DNA of 64,000 nt from Laetmonice hystrix (Eukaryota), in NCBI GenBank assembly GCA_965235115.1, contig OZ249436.1, positions 52,206,001 through 52,270,000 of the forward strand, in the 5' to 3' direction. This document shows positions 61,001 to 64,000 of this stretch, piece by piece (position 1 is the first letter of the stretch; every line of letters begins with the position of its first letter). Below the pieces are notes generated by a model that was not told the origin of the DNA, did not search any database, and saw only the letters and a program-made list of their open reading frames with translations. Both the position numbers and the translations under genes were made by a program.

Positions 61001-63830
61001 AAGCCACAAAATGCAAAGCCCTAAAATCGTCCCTAAATGGCGGGAAATCGCGTCTACAGCTTCTAATTAAAAAAAAAAACACCTGCCGCTGAAAATCGCT
61101 GAGACTGGCTATAACATATTGCCATATATATTGCAAAGAAACCACTCTTTTACATGAAGCCTAAGTTTTGGAATTGGTAAAAGTTCTAATCCAAGTTTTC
61201 CCCCGTCAGGAGGTTGATGTAGGTGTCGCGCCCGTGATGTTGAGCGCTGAGAGGCAGGCAGTGGTGAGGTTTTCTAGGCCTTTCATGGAGGACCACGACG
61301 GCATAATCATGACCAGGTCCAGCCAGCAGCCCGGGCGCGAGGCGAGGGTCTTCTGGCCTTTCTCACTCTCCGTGTGGCTGGCGATAATAGGGACAGTATT
61401 GGGCCTGGGCGTGCTGCTCTACGGCCTGGAGGCCTGGAACGCGTTGGGACCAGGACCAACGTGTACATCTGGAGGACCATCATCCTCAGCTGAGGAAAGC
61501 CGGTCCAAGGCGACTCCTTCTGACATACAGGCTGTCAGACTACAGTGTGTAGACGAGGGGGAGGCCAGGGGTAACACCCATGGTAGGCCTACCACCACCG
61601 GTACGGCGATCTCTGGCCCAATTGATCCACCATCTGAGATACCGTCTCCAGGAAGGCACCAAAACACCTCTACAAGTAAAAGCGAAGACCTGTATTTGGA
61701 AGAAGTGTCCGTAGGCGAGCAAGGAAGGCCTACCTCCGGTCAGCGACCAGGGCCCGAGGCAGGGGAGACACAGCGCCAACCTTCTCCAGACGTTGCCGGC
61801 GAGGGGAGCACTCCGCCCATAGGGACCGCCCTTTGGGCCATCTTCGGGATATATCTTGAACAAGGTGAGCATGTGCACTTCTTCATGATCACCTGTAAAA
61901 CTAAAATAAATCAATAACGAATTGCTAACTTTGGAGATCTTTCAACCTCGGGGATGTTTCAAAAGGTGTCAGAACTGGAGCCGTGTGTCATGTTGTGATG
62001 AGAATGTAATCTCAGTGTCAGGTCTAACCGAGATCACTGGTCGAAAAATCAAGATTTTAAAGATCATCAGATTCTAAAGACTGTGTCTGGCTGACAGATA
62101 CTTCCACTGCGCATTGTCTTTGGTCGACGCTTCCCCCTGTTAACCATTACATCTCCGCTGATCCAGGTAGTGCCTGGTACCCTCAGACGGTGCCTGGTCG
62201 TCTCTTGGTCGCTTACTGGTGGCTGTCTACGATCATCCTCAGTGCCTTCTATACGGCCGTCCTCGTGTCTCGACTGAGCGTCGCCACCGAGTACCTCCAG
62301 GTCAGGTCACTGGAGGACCTGGCCAGCCCCACCGCACCCCTCCGTCCACTCCTCCTGGCAGACACCAACCTGGAGGATCTCCTAGAAGTGGGTTTCTCTT
62401 TGAACGGATGGAAGGCCCTCAACACATGGGCATGAATTTGACACCCCCTCCATTTTACCTTTGGCTCTCTTGGGCCTGCCGTACACTGTCACGACTGTGG
62501 CCAACTCGGACAAATTCTGGTTCCCGACTGCGCCCGACTGCAGTTGGAGCAAATCGTAGCCGATTCGAAAAACGAATCGGGAGCCAAGCGGCTCGGCTGC
62601 AGTTGGCCGTAGTCGGGAAAGCGCGTACAATGTCTCGATTTTGGTCAACTGATCATCGTGACAGTGTACGGCGACGTAAAGCTCTTGCCAAAGGATTTCT
62701 CGTTTCATCCAAAGGCACAAGGCGTCGAAACTTAAATGTCGTAATTGCTTTTTTCCTTTGATATCACTAGGTATGTTTTGCATTTGTCCATCAGGTTTGT
62801 ATCCCGAGTGAAAAAAAAACCGTTCTTGACAATAATTTGCGTCCATTTCAGGCGACTATTGCGCACAGCAAATGTGACCTACTTGAGGCATGACCCATAT
62901 CATAGTACGTCTATGCCCATATCAAAAGTCAAAAAGAAATAAAAATAGAACTTCATATTTGGATATTTCGGTTGCACTACTCGTTCCCATTTTCTTGTGA
63001 GTCTAAGTTAAAGTCATGTCTTTTTTTCCAAAGGGCGCCCCAGCGGGCAGTACTTACGACCGTATATGGAGAAGACTAGAGTCCGGTGGTGAAGCCATGC
63101 CTGCCGACCTCAACTCGGCGTTATCGATGGTGAGAAGCGGTGAGTATGCGCTTCTGCTGGACGACAGCATTCTACGTCACGTCGCGGCCACCCACTGCAC
63201 TACGTACGTCATGGCGACAGACGTCTTCAACCCGACGACTCTTGGGTTTATCTTCCCAAAAGGTTCTCGTATTGCCTCCATATTTGACCTCGTGTACGTC
63301 CTGAGTTTCTACGTATCTATGGTGTCGTTATTCCTGCAGCTGCTTTTCAATGATAACAATCGCGAAATTCCCCAAACCTTTTTTTCCAAAATCGGGTAAA
63401 AATCATGACTATTCATGAAATTCTATATTTATACCAATGCAGAATTGGATATACAATATGTTAAGAAGTTATCTGCGGAGTAGGGGCCCACCCAAAACAC
63501 ATAATGATCATCTAAAGCAGATGACCATTGGGATTTCTTGGCTTCTTCTATTTGTACAGCATTCTACGATTGCAAGAGAGCGGCATTGTGGACAAATTTA
63601 GAAAACAGTGGTGGCCTGCCGTTTACCAAAACTGCAGCTTGGCACTTTCCGGGTCATCCAGTGCGTCTGCCCATACGCTGGACTTAACCAACATGGCCGG
63701 GGCGTTCCTGGTTATAATCGTTGCTATGGCTACCGGCCTGATCGTCCTGGTGATGGAGATAATCTACAACAGGTTTTGGAAGGGTAGAAGCTGGAACCCA
63801 CCTAGAGATCCACATCAGCAGAACGAGTGA
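55045..63830 (+). CDS. Divergent ionotropic glutamate receptor / ionotropic receptor (IR)-like subunit with N-terminal domain
   Basis: 13 phase-consistent exons: 55045-55153, 55275-55427, 55654-55926, 57824-58026, 58472-58657, 59011-59097, 59272-59520, 60278-60399, 60669-60756, 61210-61864, 62167-62387, 63034-63293, 63560-63830. Signal MYTVLLLTCCLWVRA; S1 motifs GFVIDLL, NGSWTGLIGMV, SAERQAVVRFSRPF; M1 PFSLSVWLAI; pore LEQG; M3 WWLSTIILSAFYTAVL; S2 SLEDL, ILRLQESG..KQWW; M4 LTNMAGAF. Confidence 0.88.
56077..57471. mobile_element. hAT-like MITE carrying nested MITE fragments (intron 3 of the receptor gene)
   Basis: Outer TIRs CAGGGGCGCCGCTGCC and GGCAGCGGCGCCCCTG; internal GGGGCGGATCCAG termini at ~56193 and ~56800, closing with GGATCTGCCAGTG at ~57126. 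Confidence 0.7.
62478..62672. mobile_element. MITE in a receptor intron
   Basis: 17-bp perfect TIRs GCCGTACACTGTCACGA and TCGTGACAGTGTACGGC. Confidence 0.75.
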
Positions 63831-64000
63831 CGTCACCATCACCAAGCTCGGCCTCCGTGACCTGTCCTACTTCAAGGGAACCCCGCGGTAGGACCTACCG
63901 ACCGTTCGAGTATAATAAATCACTGGCCAAGGTCCAGCTCACTGGGTGATTTTAAAGTTGGTGTATTTGCCAGTGTGTAGTGTTAGTGTCAGCGTCAGTG

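Overview
Intron-rich animal genomic DNA, most likely a lophotrochozoan invertebrate (it has nodal plus a divergent ionotropic glutamate/IR-type receptor). I reconstructed seven spliced host genes by hand from GT-AG sites and reading-frame continuity: the 3' part of a CDH23/Cad87A-type cadherin, USP39, C2orf68/UPF0561 (absent from the ORF track, head-to-head with USP39 as in human), a calcyphosine-like EF-hand gene, a divergent nodal, a secreted Kunitz-mucin protein and a 13-exon iGluR/IR-like receptor. The most structured accessory feature is a full-length but coding-defective DIRS tyrosine-recombinase retrotransposon (~11012-16976) with ITRs, ICR, gag, RT/RNase H, MT and YR. It sits inside the transposase ORF of a PIF/Harbinger element, and the empty site can be rebuilt in frame. 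The window also has many MITEs, Tc1/mariner remnants, minisatellites and a strong excess of the palindrome TAGGCCTA that may be excision footprints. Family assignments rest on recalled motifs; no database searches were run.
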